This document shows, piece after piece, positions 23,800 through 40,954 of a stretch of DNA of 64,000 nt (its first letter is position 1; each line of letters begins with the position of its first letter). Location of the stretch: NCBI RefSeq assembly GCF_009914755.1, contig NC_060930.1; one strand, given 5' to 3'. Position numbers and translations under genes: made by a program. The DNA comes from the human T2T-CHM13v2.0 reference genome, Homo sapiens. Below the pieces are notes generated by a model, which saw only the letters and a program-made list of their open reading frames with translations, made no database searches and had not been told where the DNA came from.

Positions 23800-26700
23800 G
23801 GACCTCTGGGTGTCCTGGACAATCAAGTCCACCCTGTACAAGGTAAAGATGAGTTAGTTGTGAAATTGTATGTGTGTGTATTTGTGCATGTATATATACA
23901 TATATATTATGAATATATAATATTTGTCTCATTGATTACTTTTAAGTTTCTTTTTCTCTCGGTACCTATGCCAGGCTACAAAATGCCTTCATAAAAATTT
24001 GTGAGATGTCCTATGACCTATTTTAGTCCATAGAGGCCAAGTTAAATGAATAGGCTCAAAGGCACATTAGAAGGTGAATTATACTATGGAAAAGCTTGCT
24101 CCAGTTTTTGTTTTTGTTTTTTTAACTAACCCGAAGAATTTTGAGTTTCCAGAGTGACCTCAGATACTCTCTTCCTTAGTCTGTTCCCACTTATCTTAGT
24201 CTTTTACCCAGAGAACAGGGCCAGGCTGGGATGGAGCATGCTCTGGGACTTAACAGTCCAGAGTTTTTAAGGATCCTCTGAAGTTCCCAGAGAACTTTCT
24301 AGGCTGAGGAGTATTTTAGACACCACACCTCATCCTAATCTTCTGCCGTGGTTAATACTAAAAATGAAATTCTGTCAAAACTTGCCTGACTAATCTCAAA
24401 AAGGTCTAAGAAGAGGTCTAAAAAATAATGAGTTTCTATGTATGGTAATAATTTGGAATTTCTGTTTTAGAGAAAGAAATGCGGGAGTAGTGCCCCCTAG
24501 TTGTGAAATTGTAAAGCTGTGGACATTCTCTCCATGGAGGAAGGGTAAAATTCTATACATACCAGAGGTGATGTCTTATAATACCTCTAGACTTGGCATG
24601 CAGCTGTTCTCTTTGAAGAAAAGACAAATTTATATAAGAGACAAGGACTTTCCTGGGAGGAGAGGATCCCAAACCTATCCCATTTGAGTTTTAACAGTAT
24701 TAGAAGCTCTGAAAGATAAGAATGGTTCTGACTGAGAAAGAAATGAGCCCAAGTATCACAAAGAAGTGCTTACTGTAAGGGAAATAGAATTGAGCTTAAA
24801 ATTTACTGGGTGAAGACATTTGCTGATATTCAAAGGCCTTGGAACCCAGCAACCTAGCTATGGTATTTATGCTGATTATGCAAGTATGAACTAAAAGAGC
24901 TGTACCATTTTAGCTCAAAGGTGAAGTGACATTATAGCATGGAGGGATCTATATAACAAGGTATCATTGTAGTAATACTAAGTACAGCCAATTTTTAAAA
25001 GATATATGATATGACAGTGATGTAACTAAAGTCAGTAGTGCACTGAATATTATAATCATCTGGACAAAATATGATCCCTTTCGACTGAGTGTATGCCTAG
25101 AGATTCTCAGGAGGAATTAAGGAGAGCAGAAGCCCTCAAAAGAGAGATGCTAGATTTGACCATTTCGACAAGCAAACTTAAAAAAGATAAGTGACTGTAT
25201 TTCTTCTTGATAATGTGGATCAAACTGATTAAAGATTCACAATCTGTCATAAGATTCCAGAGAGAGAATGGTGACCAAAACCTCTATCAAAAGTAGGCTT
25301 TTCATGTATTTATTAAATACAAAAAGGCACTAGGGACATACGCAGATGAATAAATCATAACCCAATACACAAAAGACCTAACACCCATCATGATGCCTTT
25401 GTGACTCATGTTTCTTTTTGAAAACAGGGAGAATATCATATACTTAGAGAAACAGGTAACCATTCAGTTTTTCTGTGTTGATTTCAACAGTGATGATATC
25501 TTTATAATTGCACTATTGACCATAAACTGCAAGAAAATTCAATGCACAGTAAGGATTTTTATCATCTGACTTGTCTAAAGTTGTTTTCTTTTCCCCTCCC
25601 TGCACTCATATCAGACAGAAAATTTCATAAAAATTTTACATCATCTCAGATTCTATGAGCTTATTATTATCATTGTTTGGTTTCATAGGCTCATTGCTGT
25701 AGATAAGCTACAGAATTAACCTGCCACATTCTCTATTTGATTTTAGATTGATGAAATGACTGAGGTCAATCTCAGTTTAATTAAGTATTTTAATATCTGA
25801 TAGTCACTCTTTCAGCAAGCTTTTAACAAGCAGGCTTTGGTTGCAAAGTCTGTGAAACTTAAAAACATGAAAATTCTGGCAGAAATTTCCTTCATTTAAA
25901 GATAGATGATAACCATAAAAGACAAAACCTACTTTATCTACCTCACAAGTACAGAGAAAAGAGAAATTATCCTGCATTTCAATAAGAAGTACAAGATCTC
26001 TTATGAGAGTTCTTTAAGATCTCAACTTGAAATTAATTTTTCTATACTATCATATCTTTGTCTTTATTTTAACAAATTATAATATATTTGCATATACCTT
26101 TGATTTAAACTTTTGAGGGAACAATTACTTTCTAAGTTTTAATAAAGAAATGCAGTACAATAATTACATGCATATTCTTAGGTACTTTTGAGAAAGTCCA
26201 GTGGATTATCACGTTTTAGATAAATGGTAGTTGTGTCCATTTTAGAGAATTGGCAGCTCTGGCCCAATCAGTTATACTTGGTCAGAAGGCTATAAAACAG
26301 GGAGGGGAATGATACTGAATGAAAAGGAAAGGAAAGTAGTAACACATTAGAGTCCATGTTAGAGTTCTACCTAGTCAAATATCTTAAAATATGATGAATA
26401 TTTAAAAACAAATGCCCTACACTTAGCCATTTTAATTTTTAATCAAGGTTAAGACTTAAATAGATAAATTTTTTGATCAGAGAATGAAAGTATGAATTTT
26501 ATATAAATTGTACTGCTAGAGCTATATTATAAATATATCTTTAAAGTTATAGTTAAAACTTGACTAAGATAGTGTATTCTGTGTACCATTGTACGAAATG
26601 TGTAATTTTGCAGTTTTATGCTTTATAGATTAATCCGAAATGTATTCTCTAGTAATACTTGTAATTCAAAATGTAAAATTTTCAAGGCTTACCATTATAA

Positions 26701-28024
26701 GGCATTTATCTCAATGCTAAAGTAAATAGTTAAAATGTATTTCTCTAATGGTGTCTGATTCATCATAAACATAGATCCAGAAATATTTACCTATTCAAAT
26801 ACACATATCTATCATTTCCAAGGTCTATGTGATGCATAGATTTTACATATTTCTCTACACCCAGTAGAAGCCATCTTAGTCTCTATGCAAACTAAGCCTA
26901 GCCTTAGGAAGACAACATTCAAAGATCACGAATTAAATATTCAGAGGACCATTGTTTCATTTTTGAATTAAAGTCTATGTCTGTTTTTCTAAAATTGGTA
27001 TTCAAATCTCTTAAGAACTACAGTGTGTATTCCATAGGTTAACTTTTTGCTTCCCCATCCCTCTAATGGGATCCTTGTCCAGAACCTGGCCTTATGCCTT
27101 AGGCCTTGTTAGTTACTGATACATTGTCTTGATGTGGACAACTGCCATCTGCCTGGATGTGAACTGCTCGTCAATGCCTGACTTTTCCTGCCACCTTTTA
27201 GACAACTACTACTATGTTTTTCTGAATCTGTCTGATGTCAACCATTTGCAGATAGTACCAGTCTTCCTGTCAAAATATTTATTGGACAATATACAACCTG
27301 CCTTTCTAGGCTACTTCCATCACTTACAGATCCAAGCATTTCCCTTAGCAAACCTAGGTACATCTTATTGCGGCCCTGACCCGTTTCATTTTATCCCATT
27401 CTGCAACATTTAGCCTGAAATATGTTTTCTGCTGCATAATGAGACACTGAAGAATTCATTCAGATTTTGGGGCATCATGTTGTAGTTACCATATTGTATT
27501 TGAAAAATGACTGGTTTTATAGTTAATTGTTCTTTTCTTTTTCCATTCTTTGCTTCTTCCCTCTTTTATTCTTTATTTCCCTTCACTCATCACACTTTAG
27601 AAATACATTCTGCTCTCCAGGTTTTGGCTAGGTACTGGCATGCAAAAATGACTAGGAAATGTTCTCCATTGTGGTCCTCAAGAAATACTTATTTTAGTAT
27701 ATGGCAGAAATACACAATTAACGGATACTGCCTTTTAATTGAGATAGGTAGATATCTGATAGATATATTCAGAGCAATAAATCAGACTGGAGAGCATCCT
27801 GTTAGGGACTGGCATTGTAGATTGACCTTGAGTTGCCAATAATAGGTGGTCCGCCAAGGGGAATAGGGGAAAGGAAATTTCAGGGAGCAAGATAATATGT
27901 AAAGGGCACAGTGGGGAGTATAAAAGTTATACTTTATTGATGAAACAGACACTACCCTAGGCATTTTAAGCTGAATAAATTTAATTTGGAAAATTAGCTG
28001 CTCACAAAATTTTTGAACATTATT

Positions 28025-28605
28025 GTACTAGTTATACATAACTGCATAACAAATTAGCCCAAAACTCAGAGGCTTAAAAAAACCAATATTTATTATCTCA
28101 TAGTTTTTGTGTGTCAGGAATCCAATCAACTTAGCTGAGTCCTCTGTCTCAGGGTCTTCCACAAAGTCACAATTGAGATGTCAGTCTGCACCGTGATAAT
28201 CTCAAAGCTGAAGGGGAGGATTTGTTTCCTAAAACACAAGTGACTGTTGTTAGGTGTCAGAAGACCCACTTCCAAGATCACTCAGCATGACAGTGGCAAC
28301 CTCATTTTTCATTGTCTGCAAACCGAATGTCAGTTCCTTGCCACACAGACCTCTTCATAGGGTTACTCACAACATACACTTTGTTTACATCCAGAGCCAG
28401 GACCACAAGGAAAAAAGAGTCAGCAAGGCACAAGAAAGATAAACGTCACCATCTTTTTGTAAGTTAATCTCAGAAGTGATACCTATACTTTTCTGCCCAT
28501 TGCAAGGCAGTCACTAGGTCCCGTCCACACTCAAGAGGAGAATGATACACAAGGACTTGAGTACTGGGATTCAGGATCATTGGGGTCATCTTAGGGGCTG
28601 TCACC
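28025..28605 (-). mobile_element. MLT1 (MaLR) LTR
   Basis: CTGCATAACAAATTAGCCCAAAACTCAGAGGCTTAAAA...TTATTATCTCATAGTTT...GTCAGGAATCC...GGGGTCATCTTAGGGGCTG. Confidence 0.7.
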
Positions 28606-29029
28606 CATGAGTCTGAAGAAACAGGCTTTAGACTGGTCCTCCAAGAATGATCACCAGATCCGTGCAGAACTCTTCAACACTGACACTTCTGCACTTAAAA
28701 CCACCTGTGGAGCGGGTTTCGGAATGCATCTCTGGAGCAGCGATTCTGGAATCAGGAAGCTGAAAACAAGAACCTTTACTCCCTCAGCTATCATTGCTGC
28801 CACTGTTCTCACCAAGCAAGAAGCTGAAGAAAAGTCAGTGGAAGACTGCTGCCAAAAACACAAGACATTTTCATGGTCTTTCCTGCCAGAATATAAAGCC
28901 AAAAGAAAGGTGGTAGCTGTGGCTTAACTTTCAACTTCCAAGTCTTAGATGATTTCAAGACTTTGAACAACAAAGTCCACTAATATTTCTCAATGATAAG
29001 AGGCACCATTATCATTTAGAATTAAAAAA

Positions 29030-30425
29030 AAATTTTATTGAAGAGTAATGCATACAAGGAAAACGTACTTATTATTAAGTATACAGCTTGATTGATTTTT
29101 ATAAAGTGAGTACACTTGCGTAACCAGTAGTGGAATTTTGAAACAGAGCATTAAGAACTTCCAGAAATCCCCCTTCTTGTCAAGTCTCAGTCTCTACTTC
29201 CAATAAAATGTTTTTCCATTTTGTGTAGTTTATGTGACCTGAATCTGTTATTATGTAATTTGTGTCTGGTGTAGTCGCTTAACCAATTGAGAGATTTGTC
29301 CATGTTATTGAGCATAGTGCATGTAGTTGTGGTTTCTCTATTTTCATGGTTGTACAGAATTCCATTGCAAGAATAAACCAAATTGATTTATTTATCCTAC
29401 TGTTCATATACATTTAGTAATTCCTTGCTCTTGAAAATTATAAATGATATGTTCTAGAATTCTAATTTGATGACCATATGCTAAGACTGAATGTTTGTGC
29501 CTTCCAATAATTCAGGGTTGAAGCCTAAGTCCCAACATATTAGTATTTGCAAGTGGGATCTTTGCAGGTAATTAGGTCATGAGCATGGAACCCTGATGGA
29601 TGGATTTAGTGCTCTTATGAGAAGAGACAGGAGAGATGATCGCTGCCATGCGAGGATACAGCTAGAAGATGGCCATCTGCAAACCAGGAAATGAGCCCTC
29701 ACCATAATCCAACCATGACAGTACCTTGATTTCAGACTTCCTACCCCCTAAACTGTGAGAAATTAATCTCTGTTGTTTGCCTCAATGAATCTATGGTGTT
29801 TTTCCTATAGAAGCCCAAAGCAATACACCATATATGTGCATTTTATTGGATGTATTCTTAGGAGTTGAAATACTTGTTCACAGAGTTGCATATGTATGTA
29901 TAGGTATATGTTCATTGGCCATTTGGATATCATCATTTGGGAAGAATCTGTTCAAAATTTTTGCCTTTTTATTTGAGTCATCTGTTTTTTTCTCATAAAC
30001 TGTTAAGAGTTCTTTATATCTAGATATGCACCATTTGTCAGATATACGTATCTTGCCACACTTTGTGGTTTGTCTTTTCACTATGTTAATGGTATCTTTT
30101 GATAAATATTAATTTTACTGTAATCCAGTTTTTTACTGTTTTCTTCTGTGATTAGTAATTATGGTGTACTGCTCAAGAAATCTTTGCCTAATCCAAGTGA
30201 AAAAGGTATTTTCTTAGGTTTTCCTCAAAATCTTTATCATTTGTTCCTTCATATTTTGATCTGTAACCCATGTAAAATTAATTTTTGTATGTGGTGTGAG
30301 GTAGAGGTCAAGATTCATTTTTTTCCCATAGATATATCCAATGAACCCAGCATAATTTCTTGGAAAGACTCACTCTTTTGCATTGCACTACAGTGGTGCT
30401 TTGGTCATAAATCCAGCAGATGACA
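29030..30425 (-). mobile_element. Old L1M 3' fragment, interrupted by an MLT1 LTR
   Basis: Antisense L1 3' end/ORF2 motifs, e.g. TTCATTGGCCATTTGGATATCATC and TTTTGTATGTGGTGTGAGGTAG. Confidence 0.7.
29479..29827 (+). mobile_element. MLT1A/B-like solo LTR
   Basis: TG...CA termini with perfect 5-bp TSD CCATA. MLT1 motif AGAAGATGGCCATCTGCAAACCAGGAA. Confidence 0.85.
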
Positions 30426-30617
30426 GTATGTTTGCAAGATCCTACTAAGTTTTTGAGGAAATTCTATTGCCAGAGAAACCATGGTAGTCAGGAATCTGGA
30501 ATATTTATCTACTTGCTTTTGTATAAGAGGGAAAATATGACATTTAAAACCCTATGCCATCAAATGTGTTTATAAAGATTCTTATCGTATTGATAAAACT
30601 TCAAAACATTTACTCTC

Positions 30618-31317
<700 letters not shown>

Positions 31318-31489
31318 CTCTATATATTTGTAAGTTAGAATTTTAGGTACAAAACACAGCATTTAAATTTAAAATACATTACTTGTCTCTTAGATTTTGG
31401 ATTAGCGTGTGAACTGGGGCCTCTGACTATAACAGTGCCTGTCCAGCTAGAGTAATCCTAGAAAGCTATATATCATAATATGTTACTCT

Positions 31490-31960
31490 GGCCCTGGAAA
31501 CTCTCCAGTGATTCCCATCTCATTAACAGCTCACACAGTCTCACCAAACTGTTACCCTCTCTCCAGCTCCCTCTCGTTTTCTCACCTTTTCTCATCACAC
31601 TGGCTTCCAGCTCTTCTAAGAGGTCAGGCATGCTTCTGCCTCAGGATATTTGAATTCCCTCTGCCAGAAGTGTAATTCCTCTCCACATTTGCGTGGAACA
31701 TTCTTTCACTTCCCTCAGATCCGCTCAATTGTCCCTTCTCACAAAGATTTTTTTTTAGGCTTCTCTATCCCCATTATTGTTTTCCACGGATCTTACCATC
31801 ACTCAATATATCATACATTAACTTGTAACATTTAATATATCTCTAAACTAGAATTTAGAACTCACGAGGATAGGGAGTTTTTAAATTCTCCTTTCTTGGT
31901 GCCTAGAGCAGTGCTTAAATATATACTAGGTACTTAGTTGTTGAATAAATTAATGAATAG
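31490..31960. mobile_element. L2 3' fragment
   Basis: CTTCTGCCTCAGG...GTGCCTAGAGCAGTGCT...TGTTGAATAAATTAATGAAT. Confidence 0.6.
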
Positions 31961-32565
31961 TTTTCAATTAGCTTGACCATGTGTTTTATAATTAGATTTT
32001 TAAGGTTATTTCTAGAGAAACATTCTACAAGGACATTTCCTGCAGTTTAGATTATCTGGAGGCAAGATTTTTTGGCAGTGCCATTAGTAATAACAATTCA
32101 AATCTTTGAAGAGCATTAGAATAGTTAATATATAAAATTCAAAAGAGGAAAAATATATCAGAGGATGTATATTCATTTTTAAAGAGAGCTATAAATATTA
32201 AAACACAACAGATAATTATTAGGGAAATAGGCAGAATTAAGCAGGATAAGTTCTCATTATACATGCTAAGTAAATAAAAAAAAAGTCTCTAGCAGCGTCA
32301 AGATGGGCAGCTCACCCTAGCCCTAGCATTCCTACTTGGCAATGAACTGTGATAATAAAGGTGTATAACTAAGGACGTAAATAACAAATTTTGTGAAACC
32401 CAATTGATGTAAAGTGAATTATATAAAAGCCTTGGAATAGGGGTTTGTTAGAAATACCTTGAAATTCTATGCAAATCTTGTGCAAATATGCATTTTTCTG
32501 GGGGAGGATTTCCCATATCCAATTGCTGAAAGATTCCACGTTCCCCATAATTAAGAACTACATTG

Positions 32566-32752
32566 GATCAGTGATTCTGAAACCTGGTAGCACATTAAAA
32601 TCATCTAGGAAGTGTTTTAAAATTATCAAGGCCAGTGATATTATCATTATCAACAATTTTATATATTTAATAGGCGGTGAGTGTAGATACTAGTACATTT
32701 TTAAGCTCCTTGGGTAATTCTACTGTATACTCAGAGCTGGGAATAATTGCTG
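32566..32752. mobile_element. MER5-like hAT MITE
   Basis: CAGTGATTCTGAAACCTGG...ATTAAAATCATCTAGG...AAGCTCCTTGGGTAATTCT...GCTGGGAATAATTG. Confidence 0.6.
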
Positions 32753-32757
32753 TAGAG

Positions 32758-32969
32758 CAGGGCTGTTCAATAAACATATAATGTGAGCTATATATGTGAT
32801 TTTAAATTTTATAGTAGCCACGTTAAAAATAAATGCAGGTGAAATACATTTTAGTGATATGTTTTATTTAATCTAATATATCAAAGATATTATACTTTTA
32901 ACATGTACTGCTAGCCATATTTCATGTGCTCAATAGCAGCATCTGGCTAATTGCTACTCTGTTGGACAG
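32758..32969. mobile_element. MER3/MER33-like hAT MITE
   Basis: CAGGGCTGTTCAATA...TAGTAGCCACGTTAAAA...GTGCTCAATAGC...TTGGACAG. Confidence 0.7.
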
Positions 32970-33382
32970 TGCTATGGTTTGAATGTTCCCTCCAAAATTC
33001 ATATTGAAACTTAATACCTAATGTGACAATATTAAGAGGTCAGACCCTTAAGAAGTGATGGGATCATTAGGGCTCTGCCCTATGAATGGATTTATCAGTT
33101 AATAGGTTAATAGATTAATGAGTTATCATGGGAAGGGAACTGGTTTCTTTATGAGAAAAGGAAAGCTTAGCTAGCACATTAGCATCCTCAACCCTCCTGC
33201 CATCTGATGCCATGTGCCATCTTGGAATGCCACAGAAATTCCCTACCAACAAGAAGGCTCTCACCAGATACAACCCCTCAACCTTGGACTTCACAGCCTC
33301 CGTAACTGTAAGAAATAAATTCATTTTCTTTATAAATTATCAAATTTCAAGTATTCTAAGCAACAGAAAATAGACTAAACCA
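32970..33382 (+). mobile_element. MST-like (MaLR) solo LTR
   Basis: TGCTATGGTTTGAATG...GACTAAACCA; TSD GACAG/GACAT. Confidence 0.85.
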
Positions 33383-34590
33383 GACATATACTTTTCATGT
33401 TTAGATTAATGTAGCCACTCCATGATCAAGATACAGAATTGTTTCATCACCTCAAAATTCTCACATGCTACCCCTTTATTGTCACACCCACATCCTCTCC
33501 CCAAACTTCCCAATGTCTGGCAACTGCTAATATCTTTTCCATGTCTCTCATTTTGTTATGTGAAGAATGTTTTACAAATCATGTAGTAAGTGACCTTTTG
33601 AGATTGGCTGTTTTCAGTCAGCATAGTAATTCCTGAGGTTCATCCAAGTTGTTCAGTGTATCGATAGTTCATTCTTTTTATTTATAAGTAGTATTCCATT
33701 GTTTGATTGTCTGAGTATACTACAGTTTACTTGCCCATTCATTCATTGAAGAATGTTTGGATTGTTTCCAAGTTTGGGCTATTACAAATAAAGTTGCTAT
33801 GAATGTTCATGTACAGGTTTTTGAGTGATCACATTTTAATTTATCTGGAATACTGCCCAGTAGTACAATTTCTCGGTCATATGTAAGCACAAGTTCAATT
33901 TTGCAAAATGCTGAGACTTCTATACTGTTTTTGAAAGGAGCTGCTCCATTTTATATTGCATCTAAAATATATAAAGAACTTTCAAAACTCAACAGTAAAA
34001 AAACTCCAAAAATCTCATTGGATAATGGTGAAAGATGTGAAGAGACATTTCACCAAAGAGGATGTACAGATGGCAAGTAATCACGTGAGAAAATATTCAT
34101 CGTCATTATCTGTTAGCAAAATGTAAATTAAAACCACAATGATAAATCACTACACACCTAAATGATGGCTAAAATTTAAAAATTGTGATAACATCAAATC
34201 CTGGCAATGATAGAGAGAAGCCAGATAACTCCAACTCGTAAATTGCCGAACAGAAAGCAAAAGTCTGTAGCTTTTCATCCTCTTCACAAGGTCTTTCACA
34301 GGAAAAAAATTTTTAGTTTTGGGGAGGCCTAATTTATCAAGTGTTTTTGTTTTGTGGATTGTACTCTTGTTGCTAAGTCTAAAAACTCCTTGCTTACCCT
34401 ATGTACTAAAGACTTTCTCCTATTTTTTTCTTTTTTTTTTTTTTACTAAAAGTTTGGTATTAGCACTTTTTACATTTAAGTCTGTGATTTATTTATTTTG
34501 GGTTTATTTTTCTTATAGTCATGAGGGTTAGGTACAGTTTCTTTTTTTTTTTTCTTTTTGGAATACTCCAATTTCTCCAGCACCATTTCC
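33383..34590 (-). mobile_element. Old L1M fragment with an internal inverted segment
   Basis: Antisense L1 3' motifs flank a sense-oriented block at about 33958-34231. Confidence 0.75.
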
Positions 34591-35128
34591 CACCAAAGTC
34601 TGAAGTCACTGCAAACTTTGTGAGATTAATGTTTCCTCATGCATTTACCTCCCAATTCTGGTGCATTCCACAAGTAATGGACAAGTATGTTTCCAGTGCT
34701 TCAGGGTTCAAATTTACTAACCCATCTTGGGTTTGGCTAATTCAAGTAGTCTGGATTGAAGTTCAGATAAATAAACACATTTCCTCACCTTCTTCTCCAC
34801 TTCTCCTTCCCTCTTTTCCTCTTTCTCTTCATTTTCCTTTCAGTCTTCTCTTCTTTGTTCTTTGTTGAGCAAGATTCAGTTGTAGATACTGAGGATGTAT
34901 CAATGAACAACTCACACTTGGCTTCCTGGAGTTTAGATTCTGCATGAGGGAGACAAATCATGTGAGCAAATAAAAATAATATGGGATCCGAGAATAAGTG
35001 TTTGAGGACTAGTAAATGTTGGCAATATGATACAATTGATTAGAAAACATATTTAAATCAAGGTGTAGGCAAAGTCCTTTTTAAGGACGCGATATGCATG
35101 TCAAATCTTGAATAATGAGGTGGAAGGA

Positions 35129-37050
<1,922 letters not shown>

Positions 37051-37479
37051 AATATATATAATGGATTTAATGTTTGTAAAATATACAATTTTTTTAGGAT
37101 ATACATTAATATTTAAACCTATTAAAGTTAATATTAAATATTAACTTTATTATTTAAAACAAAAAAGAGGACAAAATATAACCCACTACAACAAAAGCAA
37201 GTACAAAAGTGAACACATATTATTATTTTAAATTGCATAAAGCCCAATTCCTAGGTCCTAGCTAAGCCCTTCTTGAGGTGAAGGATGGCCAAATACTGCT
37301 GACAAACTTCCTTTGTATCTTCCATGACAAGGTTGAAGTTCCTTGCAACGAGAACATCTTAAAAGGAAATGCGCAAGGCTGTAGTTCCTAATAGGGTTCC
37401 CTGTCAGAGCTTGATGGACCAAGATCCTTTTAGTTTATTAAAGAAACATGTAATAAACTTGGTAGAAGTCATGTACATT

Positions 37480-37590
37480 TGTGTGTGTGTGTGCGCATGT
37501 GTGCATGTGTGGATATATATATATATCCACATATATATGTATGTATATATATGAGAGAGATATATATATATATCCACATATATATGAATG
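37480..37590. repeat. (TG)n/(TA)n compound microsatellite
   Basis: Seen directly in the sequence. Confidence 0.85.
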
Positions 37591-39879
37591 TTGAGCAGAA
37601 AAACACATTCCATGTATTTATAATGGTTAAACTTTTCTTTATACCCAAAGAGCTACTCATAAACAATTTCTCTGTACATATTGCTGATCCCGCAGTTTAT
37701 GAGCCATTTTTAATACCTTAACTCAGTTGGGCAGGAAAATAAAGTTACAAATGTTGTAAATACATCTTGTCTTTCAAAGACAAAGAGACTTTTACTTGTG
37801 AGAAAAGAAATGATTAAATCAACTCATGATCTGCCATATATACTTTATGAGAAATCCAGAAAAACTAGTACTGTTTTAATGTCATGTCCCCAGCAGGTTT
37901 TATGGGTTTTGGTGTAAATATTTTGGTAGTGTGCTTGATGTTTTCTCAAATAAAAAGAAGTTTTCATATAACAGTTCTCTTTTTGTCTCTTCCTCAGGTA
38001 TATCTTTTTCTGGTTGTATCATTACATAACCTCAAATACTTCATTACATTTCTTGGGCACTGGCTCTATTCTCTATGTTGGCATGACACAAAAGTTGATA
38101 ATTCATTTTCCAATTTCAATGTAATCATTCACTTTCATCAATTTTCCTTAAAAGTTTTCAATAACTATAGCTTCAATATCTCAGGCCTGCCTAAGTTCTA
38201 AGATCATAATATTAGAAAAATTGTATGAATGGAAAGAATCATTGGTGCCTGTTTGCTAATTGAATGTGATTTTTGTATTAAGTCAAGATGTTAGTTTTAG
38301 GCATGTATCTTGGAAACAAATACTATTCAGGGAGCACTATTAAACGTCAATTACAGTCTTACCCTGGGGTGTATTTTTTATGATATATAATGACACAGGC
38401 ATGCATATCTATAGTTAAACCCCAGTCCATATTCTTATTTGCTTTATGATTTAGGGTAGGTAACTTCTAGTTGTTGAGTATTGGTTTCCTCATCTGTAAC
38501 AGAGATGAAAATAGGTATCTCCCAGAGATTCAATATGAAATTATGTGTATAACTCACTTAACACAGTGCATTGCAGATAGTAGTCTTTAAACAAATTTTA
38601 CAAAAGTTATCATTCAGCAAAAGGTCTAACAAGTAAGCAGCCTTCTGTCAAATTATTATTAATAATAAATATTGCTTATTACTATGGACTACTTACTAGC
38701 CTAATTGATTTGTAGAACAATTTGATGAGTAGGCCCAAGTTCTACCTCAATTCCAACAATTCCTACTGAGTGCCTCATTCTCTCTTACCTCTTGCTTGGA
38801 ACCAGTTACAGATATTTGCCATTCTGTAACTCTCAGTGTTTCTGTGGTAGGACTGAGGAGCCTCAGTCTCTGAATGCTTCCATGGAATGGACACTGGGTT
38901 GATCTGTGCCATTCTGCCTAAATCTCCTGAGATATTGGTACTACAAATTTATCTAAATTGTGTCGGTGCCTTCGAGTGGGAGAATGTCCTATGTTCCAAT
39001 TTTTGGCATAGGCCTAATAAATGCTTTCCTTTTTCCTCCCAGTTCAGATTTCTAATGGTTTTCCCTCAGTCTCAATCTTCTACTGTCATGTTTCTTAAGC
39101 CACACTTCTGCTTTAGAAGGATTTACAATATATTATTTTATTTTCTTGTAAGTGTATTTTCAAATAATATAAAAAGTAACATGAATTCACTATAACTAAA
39201 GAATGCAACAATATATAAAGAAAAATTGATAATTATTTCCCACTACCTTCTTCATTACTTCTCATTTCCCAGTTTGATCCCATATAAACATGTTAACATT
39301 TTGGTGTGTATCTAACCACAGCCTTATCCATCCTCTTACAATATGGTCATTTCCCTATGTTTACAAAATTGCTTAAAACAATCATAACGTCTGAATCTAT
39401 AACTTGTTTTCTCACGTAATGCATCAACAGGATCTGTTCATTTCCATAAGTATGAACCATTCTAAAAACTGTCTCTAAAATTTAAACACTGAATGAAATC
39501 AAAATTAACTTTGCATATGGTGAGCTCCATCTTTATTTTATTCATTCAATTTCATTCATTCTCTCATTCTTCTTGCTTGTCCCTGACCCAACTGTTTCCT
39601 CATATCTTCTCTTCTCTGTACTACTCCTGATGCTTTCCACTGTTTTCCTGCTAATATTGGTGGCACATGGTGAGTAAGTTTCTCAACCTCTATGAGAGTT
39701 TTCCCACCTTGGCACCTTCAGGGATAGTCCCCAGAGTGTATCTCACCTGAAACTGAATGTTTTCAGCACCACATACCTCACCATTGAGAGATGGAGTCAG
39801 TGTCCTCCTTCCTTCCAACTGTATCTTTCAGAACACGAATCTTCTACACACACACACACCACACCATTTTTTCTTTTTC

Positions 39880-40925
39880 TTGGGTTTATAACTGCCTATA
39901 TAGCTACCTAGTGTTGTGAGTCATTATATATACTGATCTACTTTTGAATTCTCTGTTCTGTGTCACTGATTTTTCACTGCCCATGACCATACTATATTTT
40001 ATTACAAAAGTTTTATAGTAAGAAGTTTGGTATTTAGGAAAACTAGTATTTTTTTAATATTATTTTTTTCTACTCATTATACTCTTCCTTAATTTTGCTA
40101 GGTCTTCATGGGCTATTATTCAATATAAACATTGAAATATTTAACCTTAAAAATTGTGTGGGAAGTCTGATTGGACTTGCAGTAAGTTAATAAAAATAAT
40201 ATGAAATATTCTTACCAAGAGAAAAAAATCTATTCCTCTAATTGTTCAGGTCTTGTTTTTTTTTGTTTGTTTGTTTTTGTTTTTTAATAATATAGTTTCT
40301 CTCACACAGGTGCTATTTTTGAAAACTTATTCCTTGCATTTTATAATTTTTAAATTGTAATTGGAACATTTATTTTTCAGTCCTATCAACTTGTTATTGG
40401 GAATTATCAATGAAACTTTTCATGTTTATTAGGTATCCACCCAATTTAACTAAATTTTATTTTTAATTCTCGGATTTTTCTGGGTATATATTCATATATT
40501 ATATAAATAGAGTTTTTTATTCTTCCAGTATTAAAAAAATTGTTATATCTGATTGCATTAACTAAACTTTCCAAAATAATTTTCAATCACAATAGTTGGT
40601 ACAGGTATTCTTGTTCTTGACTTGTGAAATGATTTTAACATTTCACCATTCACTATAATGGTAAGTTTTTGATAAATATCTGTTATCAAAATTCATCAAA
40701 GTGAAATTGTTCTCTTCTAATTCTATTATTTTAGAATTTTTATTAATATTACTTATTCATAAATATATATTCTTTATTGCTTATAAGCCACCCAGTTTAT
40801 GGTATTTTTGTTATAGGAGCCTAACTGACCGAGACTATAATTATATGGGTTTGTTACTTAAGTAGATGAACTGACCTTGATCATCCTTTCTGGAATGAGC
40901 CCTATTTGACCATGGTTTATTATGT
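39880..40925 (-). mobile_element. Very old L1 (L1ME-like) remnants with an MLT/MST LTR end at about 40775-40836
   Basis: T-rich degenerate ORF2 antisense motifs; TAAGCCACCCAGTTTATGGTATTTTTGTTATAG resembles a MaLR 3' end. Confidence 0.45.
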
Positions 40926-40954
40926 TTTTTTCTGTTTCTTTGATTGCTTGTTTG

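Noticed and set aside
39762-39780. TTCAGCACCAC, a REST/RE1-like sequence
   Set aside because: Only the left half-site; the GGACAG right half is missing.
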